Origin: Alphaproteobacteria bacterium
GTDB taxonomy: Bacteria; Pseudomonadota; Alphaproteobacteria; UBA828
Assembly (NCBI GenBank): GCA_963422645.2
Contig: CAXXVO010000008.1
Location: 160,001-224,000, forward strand
DNA: 64,000 nt
Direction of reading: 5' to 3'
Each line of letters starts with the position of its first letter. Within the stretch, counting starts at the first letter, position 1. The notes beneath the pieces are model-generated. The model made no database searches and was not told the DNA's origin. It saw nothing but the letters and a program-made list of their open reading frames with translations. This document shows, in pieces, positions 50,697 to 61,132 of the stretch. The translations under genes were made by a program, and so were the position numbers.

Positions 50697-51658
50697 TCGC
50701 GCACAGCAGGACCATGGATTGGGTCGACCGGCTACCTGCGGTTCGTGGCCGCTACTCCTTCGATGTCGACCTCTCCCGCACCGTCTGGTTCCGCGCCGGT
50801 GGGCGCGCAGACGTGGTGTTTCGGCCGGCGGACGTCGACGACCTGGCGCACTTCCTCGCTTCTCGGCCCGCCGGCGTACCGGTGACTGTCATAGGCCTCG
50901 GCTCCAATCTGCTTGTGCGTGATGGCGGCGTGGAAGGCGTTGTCATCCGCCTGCGCCAAGGCTTCCGGGACGTGGATGTGCGCTGGGAGGGCGAGCGTGC
51001 GCTGGTGGAGGTCGGTGCCGGCGCCCTCGACGTGAACGTCGCCCGCCATTGTCGCGCTCAGGGGGTCGACGGATTGGCCTTCCTGAGCGGCATCCCCGGC
51101 AGCATCGGCGGTGCGCTCCGCATGAACGCGGGCGCCTACGGGTACGAGTTGGCCGATGTCGTGGTCGAGGCACGAGCGCTCGATCGCGAAGGCGCCACGC
51201 ACGTGCTCACGCCGGACGCCATGGGACTCTCCTACCGCCACTCGGCAGTGCCGGACGACTGGATCTTCGTCTCCGCCTTGCTTGCCGGACGGTGCGGGGA
51301 GCCCGCCGCCATTGCCCGCCATATGGAAGAGATCAATGCCCAGCGTGAGGCGAGTCAGCCGATCCGCGCCCGCACCGGCGGCAGCACCTTCACCAACCCC
51401 GCAGATCGTTCCGCTTGGGAGCTGATCGACGAGGCCGGCTGCCGCGGGCTCACGCGCGGGGGCGCGCAGATCTCCGAGCAGCACTGCAACTTCATCGTCA
51501 ATGCCGGCGGTGCGACGGCTTCCGACATCGAGGGATTGGGCGAGGAGGTCCGCCGCCGGGTCGAGGAGAAGGCCGGCCTCTCGCTCCAGTGGGAGATCCG
51601 CAGGATCGGCCGTCACGGAAGCTGGCCGCAAGGCCAAGATGGGGAGAGCGCCAAGTGA
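50693..51658 (+). CDS. murB: UDP-N-acetylenolpyruvoylglucosamine reductase MurB
   Basis: [40 protein letters not shown]. Confidence 0.96.
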
Positions 51659-52575
51659 GCGCCGCAGGCAAGCACGTCGCCGTGCTGATGGGCGGCTGGT
51701 CCGCCGAGCGCGAGGTGTCGTTGGTCTCCGGCGCCGCCGTCGAGCTCGCGCTCGCCGCAAGCGGCTATCGCGTGACCGGCATCGACGTGACCCGCGATCT
51801 ACCCGCGGCGCTGGCGGAGGTCCAGCCAGATGTCGCGTTCAACGCCCTGCACGGCTCCATCGGCGAGGACGGCTGCGTCCAGGGGCTGCTTGAGGTCATG
51901 GGCCTGCCCTACACCCATTCCGGCGTGCTCGCTTCGGCACTGGCGATGGACAAGCCCGCAGCGAAGCAGCTTTTCGCCGATGCCGGGCTCACCTGCCCCG
52001 AGGGTCGGGTGATGTGCCGCACCGATATCGCGGCGGGTGCTGCAGGCGAGCCGCCTTACGTGATCAAGCCGCTCGATCAGGGCTCCAGCGTGGGCGTCCA
52101 CCTGGTCTTCGGCGGCGACAACGCGAGGCTCCCGAACGGCGATTGGCCCTATGGCGACCAGGTGCTCGTCGAGCGCTACATCCCGGGCCGCGAAATCCAG
52201 GTCGCGGTGATGGGGGCGCGCGCGCTCGGCGCCATCGAGATCAGGCCGAAGGGGCGCTTCTATGATTACGAGGCGAAGTACACCGAGGGCCGGGCCGACC
52301 ATTTCATGCCGGCTCCCATCCACCCCGATGCGTACAAGGAGGCGCTGGAGATCGCGCTTACGGCTCACATGGCGCTCCGCTGCCGCGGCGTGACCCGTGC
52401 CGATCTCCGCTACGACGACACCGCCGGCGAGCCCGGCCGCTTCTACTTGCTGGAAATCAACACCCAGCCGGGCATGACGCCGCTCTCGCTCGTGCCCGAG
52501 ATCGCCGCTGATGTCGGCATCAGCTTCGAGGATCTCGTCTGTTGGCTCGTGGAGAACGCCACATGCGACAGCTGA
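51655..52575 (+). CDS. ddl: D-alanine-D-alanine ligase
   Basis: GGWSAEREVSL, LHG...GEDG, GSSVGV, YDYEAKY, EINTQPGMT. Confidence 0.96.
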   Translation: MSAAGKHVAVLMGGWSAEREVSLVSGAAVELALAASGYRVTGIDVTRDLPAALAEVQPDVAFNALHGSIGEDGCVQGLLEVMGLPYTHSGVLASALAMDKPAAKQLFADAGLTCPEGRVMCRTDIAAGAAGEPPYVIKPLDQGSSVGVHLVFGGDNARLPNGDWPYGDQVLVERYIPGREIQVAVMGARALGAIEIRPKGRFYDYEAKYTEGRADHFMPAPIHPDAYKEALEIALTAHMALRCRGVTRADLRYDDTAGEPGRFYLLEINTQPGMTPLSLVPEIAADVGISFEDLVCWLVENATCDS

Positions 52576-53408
52576 GCCTCTTCGGCACGCGAAAGCAGGC
52601 TGCAGGCCCGGCGCGGCGTCCGAGCGTCTACCGCCTCGCGTCGCGGCGCGCGCTCAAGTGGGCGGCAATCGCGTTGACAGGCGGCGGTATCGTCGCTGCG
52701 GCGATCTGGTTCGTACAGCCCGGCACGCTCGCAAGCGTGGGAGACGACATTCGGACGGGCTTCGAGTCGGCGACTGCGAGCGCGGGCATGACGGTGCAGA
52801 AGATCGAAGCGTCGGGCACCGCGCGGGCATCGGCAAGGGCAATCCGCACCGCAGTCGGTGTCGAAATCGGCACGCCCATCTTCGAGGTCGATCTCACTGC
52901 CGCACGCGACCGCGTTCAGACAATCGGCTGGGTCGACTACGCGACGGTCGAACGCCGTCTGCCGTCGACTCTCCATGTGCGGATCGTCGAGCGCATGCCG
53001 GTGGCGCTCTGGCAACGCAATCAGAAGCTGGTCATGGTCGACCGCGCCGGCGTTGAAATTGCTGCCGAATCCGTCAGCCAGTTCGCCCACCTGCCGGTCG
53101 TCGTGGGCGACGGTGCGCTTGCTTATATGCCGACCCTGCTCGATGCCATGGCGGCCGACCCAGCGTTGTCGCAACGCGTCCAGTCGGCAATCTGGATTGG
53201 GGGGCGGCGCTGGACGCTCCACTTCGACAACGGTCTCGAGGCCAAGCTGCCGGAGAGCGAGATCGGAGCGGCGTGGGCCCGCCTGGTCCGGGAGATCGGC
53301 GACCATCACCTGCTCGACCAGCCGATTGCGGTGGTCGACCTGCGCCTTCCCGACCGGACAATCCTGCGCGCCCGGCCGCCCAAGCCGCCGGCCGACGACC
53401 GGACATGA
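52563..53408 (+). CDS. ftsQ: Cell division protein FtsQ
   Basis: TM helix, POTRA (WVDYATVERRLPSTL), RRWTL, VDLRLPDR. Confidence 0.9.
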   Translation: MRQLSLFGTRKQAAGPARRPSVYRLASRRALKWAAIALTGGGIVAAAIWFVQPGTLASVGDDIRTGFESATASAGMTVQKIEASGTARASARAIRTAVGVEIGTPIFEVDLTAARDRVQTIGWVDYATVERRLPSTLHVRIVERMPVALWQRNQKLVMVDRAGVEIAAESVSQFAHLPVVVGDGALAYMPTLLDAMAADPALSQRVQSAIWIGGRRWTLHFDNGLEAKLPESEIGAAWARLVREIGDHHLLDQPIAVVDLRLPDRTILRARPPKPPADDRT

Positions 53409-53430
53409 CGAGACGAGGAGCCCTGAGACC

Positions 53431-54693
53431 GTGATTGCCGCCCTCGATATCGGCACGACCAAGGTGGCCTGCCTCGTCGCTCAGCGCGACGCCGAGGGCG
53501 CACTGACGGTCGCCGGCAGCGGCCAGGAAGTGGCCGCCGGCATGCATGCCGGCCGTGTCGTCGACATGGAGGCGGCGGAGGAGACGATCCGCACCGCGGT
53601 TCATCGCGCGGAGCGGATGGCCGGCGAGAACGTCCGCAGCATCTTCATCGGCACGTCGGGCGGCGCACCCAGCTCCAGCTTCGCCGATATCGAGGTCGGC
53701 ATCGGCGGACGCGAGGTTGCCGAGCGCGACATCCAGCGCGCGTTCGACCAGCTTCAGACGACCGATGAGGGGCAGGAGCGCGACATCGTGCATGCCGTGC
53801 CCATCGACTACGCCCTCGACGGATCGCCGGGAATCCTGGACCCGCGCGGCATGTATGCCGGCAATCTCCAGGTGCGGTTGCACATGGTGAGCGTCGCCCA
53901 CGGCAGCCTGCGCAACCTGCTCTCCTGCGTCTCCCGCTGCGATCTGCAGGTCGCCGCCCCGGTTGCGGCCGCCTACGCCTCGGGGCTCGCGTGCCTGGTC
54001 TCCGACGAAATCGATCTCGGCGCGACCTGTATCGACATTGGCGGCGGTACGACCAAGCTCGCGATCTTCGGCGGCGGCAAACTGATTTGGACCGAGACAC
54101 TCCCGCTCGGCGGGGATCACGTCACCAACGACATTGCGCAGGGGCTGTCCACGCCGATCGCCAGCGCCGAGCGCATGAAGCGGCTTCACGGCAGTCCGGC
54201 TGACGATTCGGCGGACCCGAGCGAGAGCATCGAGGTGCCGGAAATCGGGCCCGAGAACGGCGGCTCAGGCACCGCTCATCACGTGCCGCGCTCGTTGCTC
54301 TCGCGGATCGTGCGTGCGCGGCTGGAGGAGATCTTCGAGTTCGCCCGCGCCCGTGTCGAGGCGAGCGGGCTCGACCCGTGGTCGGGAAACCGCGTCGTCA
54401 TCAGCGGCGGTGTGAGCCAGACGACCGGCCTCGGCGAGCTCGCGGGCCGCATCCTCGACAAGCAGGTGCGGCTCGCCCGGCCTCTTTCCCTACCCGGTCT
54501 GGCGCAAGCCGTCTCTGGCCCCGAATTCGCGACCTGCGCCGGCCTGCTCGTCTATGCGGCACAGAAGCACACGGAACCTTGGGCCAAGCCCGCGCGCGAC
54601 GCCGCTGCCGGGCGCTTCACCAGCTCCCTGTCGCACCTCGGCCGGTGGCTGAGGGGCAACTTCTGGGAACACACGGATCAAAGAGCACCGTAA
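53431..54693 (+). CDS. ftsA: Cell division protein FtsA
   Basis: [35 protein letters not shown]-terminal amphipathic helix LGRWLRGNF; GTG start with GAGGAG RBS. Confidence 0.95.
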   Translation: MIAALDIGTTKVACLVAQRDAEGALTVAGSGQEVAAGMHAGRVVDMEAAEETIRTAVHRAERMAGENVRSIFIGTSGGAPSSSFADIEVGIGGREVAERDIQRAFDQLQTTDEGQERDIVHAVPIDYALDGSPGILDPRGMYAGNLQVRLHMVSVAHGSLRNLLSCVSRCDLQVAAPVAAAYASGLACLVSDEIDLGATCIDIGGGTTKLAIFGGGKLIWTETLPLGGDHVTNDIAQGLSTPIASAERMKRLHGSPADDSADPSESIEVPEIGPENGGSGTAHHVPRSLLSRIVRARLEEIFEFARARVEASGLDPWSGNRVVISGGVSQTTGLGELAGRILDKQVRLARPLSLPGLAQAVSGPEFATCAGLLVYAAQKHTEPWAKPARDAAAGRFTSSLSHLGRWLRGNFWEHTDQRAP

Positions 54694-54704
54694 AGGAGGA
54701 CACC

Positions 54705-56687
54705 ATGACCATCGATTTCATGCCTGAACGGCAGCCGGAAAACAGACCGCGCATCACGGTCTTCGGGGTTGGCGGCGCGGGCGGCAATGCCGTCAACAAC
54801 ATGATCGCCGGCGAGCTCGAGGGCGTAGACTTCGTCGTCGCCAATACCGACGCGCAGTCGCTCTTCCAGTCGCTGTGCGAAAACCGGGTCCGCCTCGGTG
54901 TCAACATCACTCAGGGGCTGGGCGCCGGCGCCCGCGCCGATATCGGCAAGGTAGCCGCGGAGGAAGCCCTCGACGATATTCAGAGCTTTCTCCAAGGGAA
55001 CAACATGGTGTTCATCGCCGCCGGCATGGGCGGCGGTACCGGCACCGGTGCCGCGCCCGTGATCGCCCGCGCAGCCCGGGAGCACGGCATCCTCACGGTG
55101 GGCGTCGCCACCAAGCCGTTCCACTTCGAGGGATCGCAGCGCATGCGGGTCGCGGAACGCGGCATCCAGGAGCTGCACCAATACGTGGACACGTTGATCG
55201 TCATCCCGAACCAGAACCTGTTCCGCGTCGCGAGCGATCAGACCACCTTCGCGGATGCCTTCGGCATGGCTGACGACGTGCTGCACGCGGGCGTGCGCGG
55301 CGTGACCGATCTGATGGTCAATCCCGGCCTCATCAACCTCGATTTCGCCGATATCCGCACGGTGATGGGCACCATGGGCAAGGCCATGATGGGCACCGGC
55401 GAGGCCGAAGGCGAGAGCCGCGCGACCGATGCGGCCGAGGCGGCGACCAACAACCCGCTCCTCGACAATGCGTCGATCGAAGGCGCGCGCGGAGTGCTGA
55501 TCAACGTCACCGGCGGTACCGACGTCACGCTGCACGAAGTGGATGAGGCGGCGTCGCGCGTCTGCAAGCAGGTGGACGAGGAAGCCACGATCATCTTCGG
55601 CACCAGCCTCGATCAGAAGATGGACGGTCACATGCGCGTCGCCGTGATCGCGACCGGCATCGATTCCGATGAGGTTCGTGCGCCGATCCCCGACTCCACC
55701 GACAACATCCATGTCCTCGGCTTTTCCGATCGCAAGGGCGCGAGCGGTGGCGGCACCACGCTGTCGGCGGCAGAGTCCGAGACGGAAGTAGTCGAACCGG
55801 AAGCGGCCCCGTCCTCCGCCGCGACCGGAATCGACCCCTCCGACATCGTCATCCCTGTGGCCGAGGCAGTTGTCGAATCGGCGACGGCCGTGGGCGGTGG
55901 CGGCACCCAGTCCGCGCCGGCAGTGACCACCACGCCGCAGCCGTCGGCCTCACCGCGTGCTCAGAGCCCGGCGTCAACCGAGGCGCGGGCCAAGTCGGAG
56001 CACAGGGCGGTGGCGGCCAACGCAGCCGGTGCCGTCGCAGCGAGGGCGACCGTCGCGGCCGCCGAGGCGAAGGCGGAGCGACCGGCAGCGCGGTTCACGC
56101 CGCCCGAAGCCCGGGCGCCCGAGAAGAGGCCGAGCCCGGCGGTGGAGCGGCCGACGATCGAACGTCGTCGGGTCGAGCGCCCGGCGATCGAACGGCCGAC
56201 ACCCTCGACGCGCCGTGCGGAAAGCGACGATGCGCCGCAGACCGGCAAGCCCTCGCTCTTCGAGCGGATGACGGGTACGGGTCGGGCGCGGCGGAATGGC
56301 GCCGACGGAGATGCGTCGCCCGCCAGCACGCAGCCGCGCACGCCCCCCTCCGCGGAGGCGAAGCCGGCAAGCCCACAGAAAAGCGCTCCCGAGGCCCGGC
56401 TCCGCTCCGACCCGCCGTCGCGCACCGAAAAGGCGCCGGCGCTCGGCGGTGGGATGCCGAAGCCGGCAGCCCCGGCCTCGACGCCTGCGCCGACGCTGGG
56501 CGGCGATGCGCGCGAGGCAGCGACACCGGCACCGAAGCCGTCGCCGGACCTCGGCGCTCAGGCGCCCACGGCGGTGGCTCCGACGCCGGAGCCCTTCCTC
56601 GACGGGTTTTCGCCCTCCAACCGGGCTCCCGGTCGCACGGAGGACCCGCTCGACATCCCGGCATTTCTCCGCCGCCAGGCCAACTGA
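54705..56687 (+). CDS. ftsZ: Cell division protein FtsZ (660 aa, very long linker)
   Basis: [30 protein letters not shown]-terminal [12 protein letters not shown]; RBS AAGGAGG. Confidence 0.97.
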   Translation: MTIDFMPERQPENRPRITVFGVGGAGGNAVNNMIAGELEGVDFVVANTDAQSLFQSLCENRVRLGVNITQGLGAGARADIGKVAAEEALDDIQSFLQGNNMVFIAAGMGGGTGTGAAPVIARAAREHGILTVGVATKPFHFEGSQRMRVAERGIQELHQYVDTLIVIPNQNLFRVASDQTTFADAFGMADDVLHAGVRGVTDLMVNPGLINLDFADIRTVMGTMGKAMMGTGEAEGESRATDAAEAATNNPLLDNASIEGARGVLINVTGGTDVTLHEVDEAASRVCKQVDEEATIIFGTSLDQKMDGHMRVAVIATGIDSDEVRAPIPDSTDNIHVLGFSDRKGASGGGTTLSAAESETEVVEPEAAPSSAATGIDPSDIVIPVAEAVVESATAVGGGGTQSAPAVTTTPQPSASPRAQSPASTEARAKSEHRAVAANAAGAVAARATVAAAEAKAERPAARFTPPEARAPEKRPSPAVERPTIERRRVERPAIERPTPSTRRAESDDAPQTGKPSLFERMTGTGRARRNGADGDASPASTQPRTPPSAEAKPASPQKSAPEARLRSDPPSRTEKAPALGGGMPKPAAPASTPAPTLGGDAREAATPAPKPSPDLGAQAPTAVAPTPEPFLDGFSPSNRAPGRTEDPLDIPAFLRRQAN

Positions 56688-56890
56688 GCCCGGCGTTGGA
56701 CTGACTGAACGGGAGATGGGACGGTAACAAACTGTAACAAACAGTGATTTGCCCGCTGATGGCACGTTTGCCAGGATCGTGGCGACTTAGATCGCCGAAT
56801 CCCTTCGGGGTTGTGTCGGGTCCGGTTGGCAAACGTGCCGTCTGCCGTGACGTACCCGAAGAAATCAAGGGGGGCGGCGATTCAGTGTGA

Positions 56891-57838
56891 ATGGCCAAGG
56901 GGGCGGCTCGCGCCCGTACAGCAATGATCCCACAGCAAACCCTCAAGTCGGCCATTCACTGTGCCGGTATTGGCGTACACAGCAACCGCAAGGTGCGCAT
57001 GGAGTTGCGCCCGGCGCCGCCGGGTACCGGCATCGTCTTCTGCCGCACTGACCGGCCGGCCGGCTCCGCTCGGACAATCGAGGCGGTCTACGACAACGTC
57101 GTCGACGCGACGCTCTGCACGGCGATCGGCAACGGCAGGGTCACGGTCCGCACCATCGAGCACCTGATGGCCGCCTTCGCTGGCTGTGGCATCGATAATG
57201 CGGTCGTCGAGCTGGACGGCGAAGAGGTTCCCGCGATGGACGGGAGCGCCGCGCCCTTCGTCTTTCTGATCGAATGTGCCGGCGTCGTCGAGCAGTGCGC
57301 CCCCCGGCGCATGATCGAGGTGCTCAAGCCGATCAGGCTCGGCGACGAGAACCGGTACATCACCATCACGCCGGCCGAGAGGTTCTCCATTCGCTGCGAT
57401 ATCGATTTTGATCATCCGGCGCTCGGCTATCAGTCGGTCGATTTCGATCCGCTGCACACCTGTTTTCGCACGGAGCTCGCGCGGGCCAGGACATTCTGCC
57501 GGGAGTCGGATGTGGCGAGCATCCTCGCCGCTGGCATGGGCCGCGGCGGGTCACTGGAGAACACCGTGGTCATCGGCGACGACGGCCCCCTCAACGAGGA
57601 CGGGCTGCGCTACGCCGACGAGTGCGCGCGCCACAAGGCGCTCGACTGCTTCGGCGACCTTTACCTCGCGGGAGCGCCGATCATCGGCCATGTCCGCTGC
57701 CTGCGCTCCGGCCACGGCATGAACCACGCGCTGCTCGCTGCCCTGTTCGACGATCCCGGCGCGTGGCGCCTCGTCGGCGCGGAGCAGGATACAGGCTTCG
57801 GAGAAGCGGACCGCGAGCCGGTTGCCGCCATCGCGTGA
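56891..57838 (+). CDS. lpxC: UDP-3-O-acyl-GlcNAc deacetylase LpxC
   Basis: QQTL, GIGVHS, TIEHLMAA, MDGSA, ARTF, RHKALDCFGD. Confidence 0.95.
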   Translation: MAKGAARARTAMIPQQTLKSAIHCAGIGVHSNRKVRMELRPAPPGTGIVFCRTDRPAGSARTIEAVYDNVVDATLCTAIGNGRVTVRTIEHLMAAFAGCGIDNAVVELDGEEVPAMDGSAAPFVFLIECAGVVEQCAPRRMIEVLKPIRLGDENRYITITPAERFSIRCDIDFDHPALGYQSVDFDPLHTCFRTELARARTFCRESDVASILAAGMGRGGSLENTVVIGDDGPLNEDGLRYADECARHKALDCFGDLYLAGAPIIGHVRCLRSGHGMNHALLAALFDDPGAWRLVGAEQDTGFGEADREPVAAIA

Positions 57839-57988
57839 TGCCAGGCCGCTTGAATAGCGGCGCCGCACGGCTAATTCCAATCCCGATATAGAAGAGTGCT
57901 ATGAGACGCCAACGCGTGCGGCCCTCGCCCGCGTTCGGCAGGTTCGTCTGACGCGTACCCGCGAAGGCCTTCGGATAGAGGAGCGACG

Positions 57989-58999
57989 GTGAGAGCCTGG
58001 GAGCTCGGTGGCCAACAGGGCAGCGTGGACAGTCTGCGGTTGGTCGAACGACCCGATCCCGTACCGGCGGCAGGCGAGGCTCTGGTCCGGATTCGGGTGA
58101 GTGCGCTCAACTACCGCGATCACATGATCCTCAACCTGATCGACAGCGCGCCGAAGCCCGAGCACAGGATCCCGCTGAGCGACGGTGCCGGCGAGGTCAT
58201 GGCGGTAGGCGCCGGCGTGGATCGGGTCAAGCCCGGCGATCGCGTGATGGTGAGCTTCTTTGCGAGCTGGCTCGACGGCCCGCTGCAGCCTGCGCACTTC
58301 GGCACCGATCTTGGCGGCGGCTGCGACGGGACGTTGGCGGAGCTCGCCGCCTTCCCGGCGTCGTCGCTCGTGGCGATCCCCGACTCCCTCAGCGACGAAG
58401 AGGCTGCCTGCCTCCCCTGCGCCGGGCTCACGGCCTGGGTCTCGCTGGTCGAGTTCGGGCAGATGAAGGCGGGCCACACGGTGCTCCTGCTCGGCACCGG
58501 CGGCGTCTCAATCTTCGGCCTCCAGCTCGCGCGCATGATGGGGGCCGACGCGGTCATAACCTCGTCGAGCGACGACAAGCTCGACCGCGCCCGCGCGCTG
58601 GGCGCCACCCACGGCATCAACTACAAGGACGATCCGAGCTGGGGCACAACGGTCGCCGAGCTCACCGGCGGCGCCGATCTGATCATCGAGACCGGCGGCG
58701 CCGCGACGCTGGCACAGAGCATCGAGGCCGCCGCCTTCCACGCGCGCATCGCGCTGATCGGCATGCTGGGCGGGGTCGGAATCGAGAATGACCCGCTCGC
58801 GCTGATCTGGAAGAACGTCCACCTCAAGGGCGTGCTGGTGGGTAGCCGGCGCTCCCTCGAAGAGATGACGAAGGCGATCGACCGCAACGGGCTCAAGCCG
58901 GTGATCGACCGGCGCTTCCCCTTCGCCGAAGCACCGGCTGCTTACCGCCACCTCGCCTCAGGAGCGCATTTCGGCAAGATCGTGATCACTCACGATTAG
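57989..58999 (+). CDS. NAD(P)-dependent MDR-family (alcohol dehydrogenase/quinone reductase-like) oxidoreductase
   Basis: LNYRD, PLSDGAGEV, LPCAGLTAW, GTGGVS, PVIDRRF, HFGKIVI. Confidence 0.92.
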   Translation: MRAWELGGQQGSVDSLRLVERPDPVPAAGEALVRIRVSALNYRDHMILNLIDSAPKPEHRIPLSDGAGEVMAVGAGVDRVKPGDRVMVSFFASWLDGPLQPAHFGTDLGGGCDGTLAELAAFPASSLVAIPDSLSDEEAACLPCAGLTAWVSLVEFGQMKAGHTVLLLGTGGVSIFGLQLARMMGADAVITSSSDDKLDRARALGATHGINYKDDPSWGTTVAELTGGADLIIETGGAATLAQSIEAAAFHARIALIGMLGGVGIENDPLALIWKNVHLKGVLVGSRRSLEEMTKAIDRNGLKPVIDRRFPFAEAPAAYRHLASGAHFGKIVITHD

Positions 59000-59023
59000 G
59001 CACTGGCGTAGCCCAAAGCCCCA

Positions 59024-59469
59024 TCAATAAGTGTTCAGCCTTTCGAGGTTGGTCTTCCGCAGCTCGTCCTCGGTCAGGCCGAGATCGTAAGCAGGTGAGA
59101 GAATCATCTCGGCTGCCGTCACGGTGATGCTCACGTAGGCGCTCATGCTGGGCCGGTACGGACCCCACGCGGCGTCGAAGGCGGCGTCGAGCGCGGCGTC
59201 GGCGTCGTTCTGGCGAACGATCGCGGCCGTGCCGGTCACCCGCACCGCCCTGCGGGTGACGACGTCGGTGAAGCAGACCTCGACCGCGGGATTGCGGCGC
59301 AGGTTCGCCACCGTCCCGGCGAGCGGATATGGCCGAAGGCGAGGGTGCGCTCGTCCAGAACCACGAAGGTTGCCTTGGGCGAGACCGACGGCGTGCCGTC
59401 GGCGTTCACCGTCGCGACGGCACCGGCGGAAAACCGCCGGATCAGCGTCTGCATCTCATCGGTCAGCAT
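59024..59469 (-). pseudogene. Pyridoxamine 5'-phosphate oxidase-like protein with a 1-nt frameshift near 59315
   Basis: MLTDEM...VATVNADGTPSVSPK...IRSPG continues in another frame as TVANLRRNPAVEV...SPAYD. Confidence 0.8.
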
Positions 59470-59492
59470 CGCGGCCTCTCCACTGGTGGGTT

Positions 59493-59960
59493 CTACGGGT
59501 TCGCGCCCCAGTCCGGATCGTCGCTGGGTGCGGCCGGGTTTTCGCCAGCGAGCAAACCCTTGCCCGGGATGTGGTTGATCTCCAAGCGAATTCCATCGGG
59601 ATCCTCGAAGACCACGAAGTAGTAGCCGGGCGCCCACTCTCGCTCCATCGGCCCGCGGTCGATCGTCGCGCCCATCGCGCGAAGCTTCGCCGCCGCCTTG
59701 TCGACGTCCTCGCGCGAGCGCGCACGCAGGCACAGGTGGTGCAGCCCCACCCGGTTCTGCACGAAGCGCTCGCCCTCGTAGTCCGGCGCCGCGCGCTGGA
59801 TGCCGAGCGCGGTGCGCCCGCCCACGTGGTAGACGAAGTCGTTGCCGTCGAAGACCCTGTGCATGCCGAGGAAGGGCAGCAGTTCGCAGTAGAACGCCCG
59901 CGCCTCGTCGAAGCTGCTCACGGTGAGCACGACGTGGGCCATGCCGTTGATCTCGATCAT
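59493..59960 (-). CDS. VOC/glyoxalase-family protein
   Basis: AHVVLTVS, ARAFY, GLHHLCLRA, YYFVVFEDPDGIRLE. Confidence 0.9.
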   Translation of the reverse strand: MIEINGMAHVVLTVSSFDEARAFYCELLPFLGMHRVFDGNDFVYHVGGRTALGIQRAAPDYEGERFVQNRVGLHHLCLRARSREDVDKAAAKLRAMGATIDRGPMEREWAPGYYFVVFEDPDGIRLEINHIPGKGLLAGENPAAPSDDPDWGANP

Positions 59961-60031
59961 CGGGCTCCTCTGGATTACCCGGTGCCGTGACGAGCGGCGC
60001 GGGTAGCGCCGCCGATCAATACAGCACTCCC

Positions 60032-61087
60032 TCAGGCTGCCCGGGATCCCAGCGGCTGACTGCCGCCGAGGCGGTTGAAGACGGCAAGCGAGTCCTCGAT
60101 CAGCGCCCGCTCCAGGCCGCGCACGATGAAGACGACGCGGGATTGGCGGCTCTCGTCCGGCCAGGCGTCGAGGTGCATCGGCGGGTGGATAATGTGCTGC
60201 ACGCCGTTGATGACCACCGGCGTGTCGACGCCTTCAACGTTCAGCAACCCCTTCACTCGTAGGATGTTCTCGCCGTGGGTGTGCAGCAGCATGGTGAGCC
60301 AGATGCCGAAGGCGGTCCAATCCACCGGCTCGTCGTGGACTAGGCAGAACGAGTGGATGCTGGCGTCGTGCCGGTTCACATCGTGGATGTGGCCGTGCAA
60401 CTGGGGTGCCGCCGTCTCCGCCTCGATCCAGCGCAACACTTCCCGGCCCTTGGTGGCGGGGTCGTAGACATCGGCGCGGAGCACGCGCTCCACGTCGACC
60501 GCGCCGTGCTGGCCGATCAGAAACTCGGCCGACGGGTTGATCTGGTCGAGCCGCTGCCTCAACGTCTCGACCGCCTCCGCCTCGGCGATATCGGTCTTGG
60601 TCAGCACGATGCGGTCCGCCACCGCCGCCTGCTTGAGCGATTCCTCCTGGCGGTCGAGCTGGCCGAGGCCGTTCACGGCATCGACCGTGGTGATGATCGT
60701 GCCGAGCCGGTAGTGGTAGCGGAGCGAGACGTCGTTCATCAGCGTGGCGAGGATCGGCGCGGGGTCGGCGAGCCCGGTGGTCTCGACGATCATGCGCCGA
60801 AAAGGCGGCACGATGCCGCGGGCGCGCTTGTCGTGGACCTCCATGATCGCCTGCTTGAGGTCGTCCCGGATGGTACAGCAAAGGCAGCCACTCGAGAGCA
60901 GGACCGTGCTCTCGTCTACGGTTTCGACGAGTTGATGGTCGATGCCGACCTCGCCGAACTCGTTGATGAGCACCGCCGCGTCGCCGAGGGAGGGGTGCTT
61001 CAGCAGGCAGTTGAGCAGCGTCGTCTTGCCGCTGCCCAGAAAGCCGGTCAGCACGATGATCGGCGTCAGTTCGGTATAGGCGCTCAG
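60032..61087 (-). CDS. CobW/COG0523-family GTPase metallochaperone (probable CTG start)
   Basis: LTGFLGSGKTT, NEFGEVGID, GCLCC, VETTGLADP, short His-rich stretch, LRVKG. Confidence 0.92.
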   Translation of the reverse strand: MSAYTELTPIIVLTGFLGSGKTTLLNCLLKHPSLGDAAVLINEFGEVGIDHQLVETVDESTVLLSSGCLCCTIRDDLKQAIMEVHDKRARGIVPPFRRMIVETTGLADPAPILATLMNDVSLRYHYRLGTIITTVDAVNGLGQLDRQEESLKQAAVADRIVLTKTDIAEAEAVETLRQRLDQINPSAEFLIGQHGAVDVERVLRADVYDPATKGREVLRWIEAETAAPQLHGHIHDVNRHDASIHSFCLVHDEPVDWTAFGIWLTMLLHTHGENILRVKGLLNVEGVDTPVVINGVQHIIHPPMHLDAWPDESRQSRVVFIVRGLERALIEDSLAVFNRLGGSQPLGSRAA

Positions 61088-61132
61088 CGCGGTCTCTCCC
61101 GAGTGGCGTTCGCTCTCGCGCGGGCGGGACGA

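Noticed and set aside
57846-57951. Hairpin GCCGCT/AGCGGC after lpxC and a 16-codon ORF at 57901
   Set aside because: Short stem without a U tract and an ORF with only a weak RBS-like sequence and no recognisable similarity; support is insufficient.
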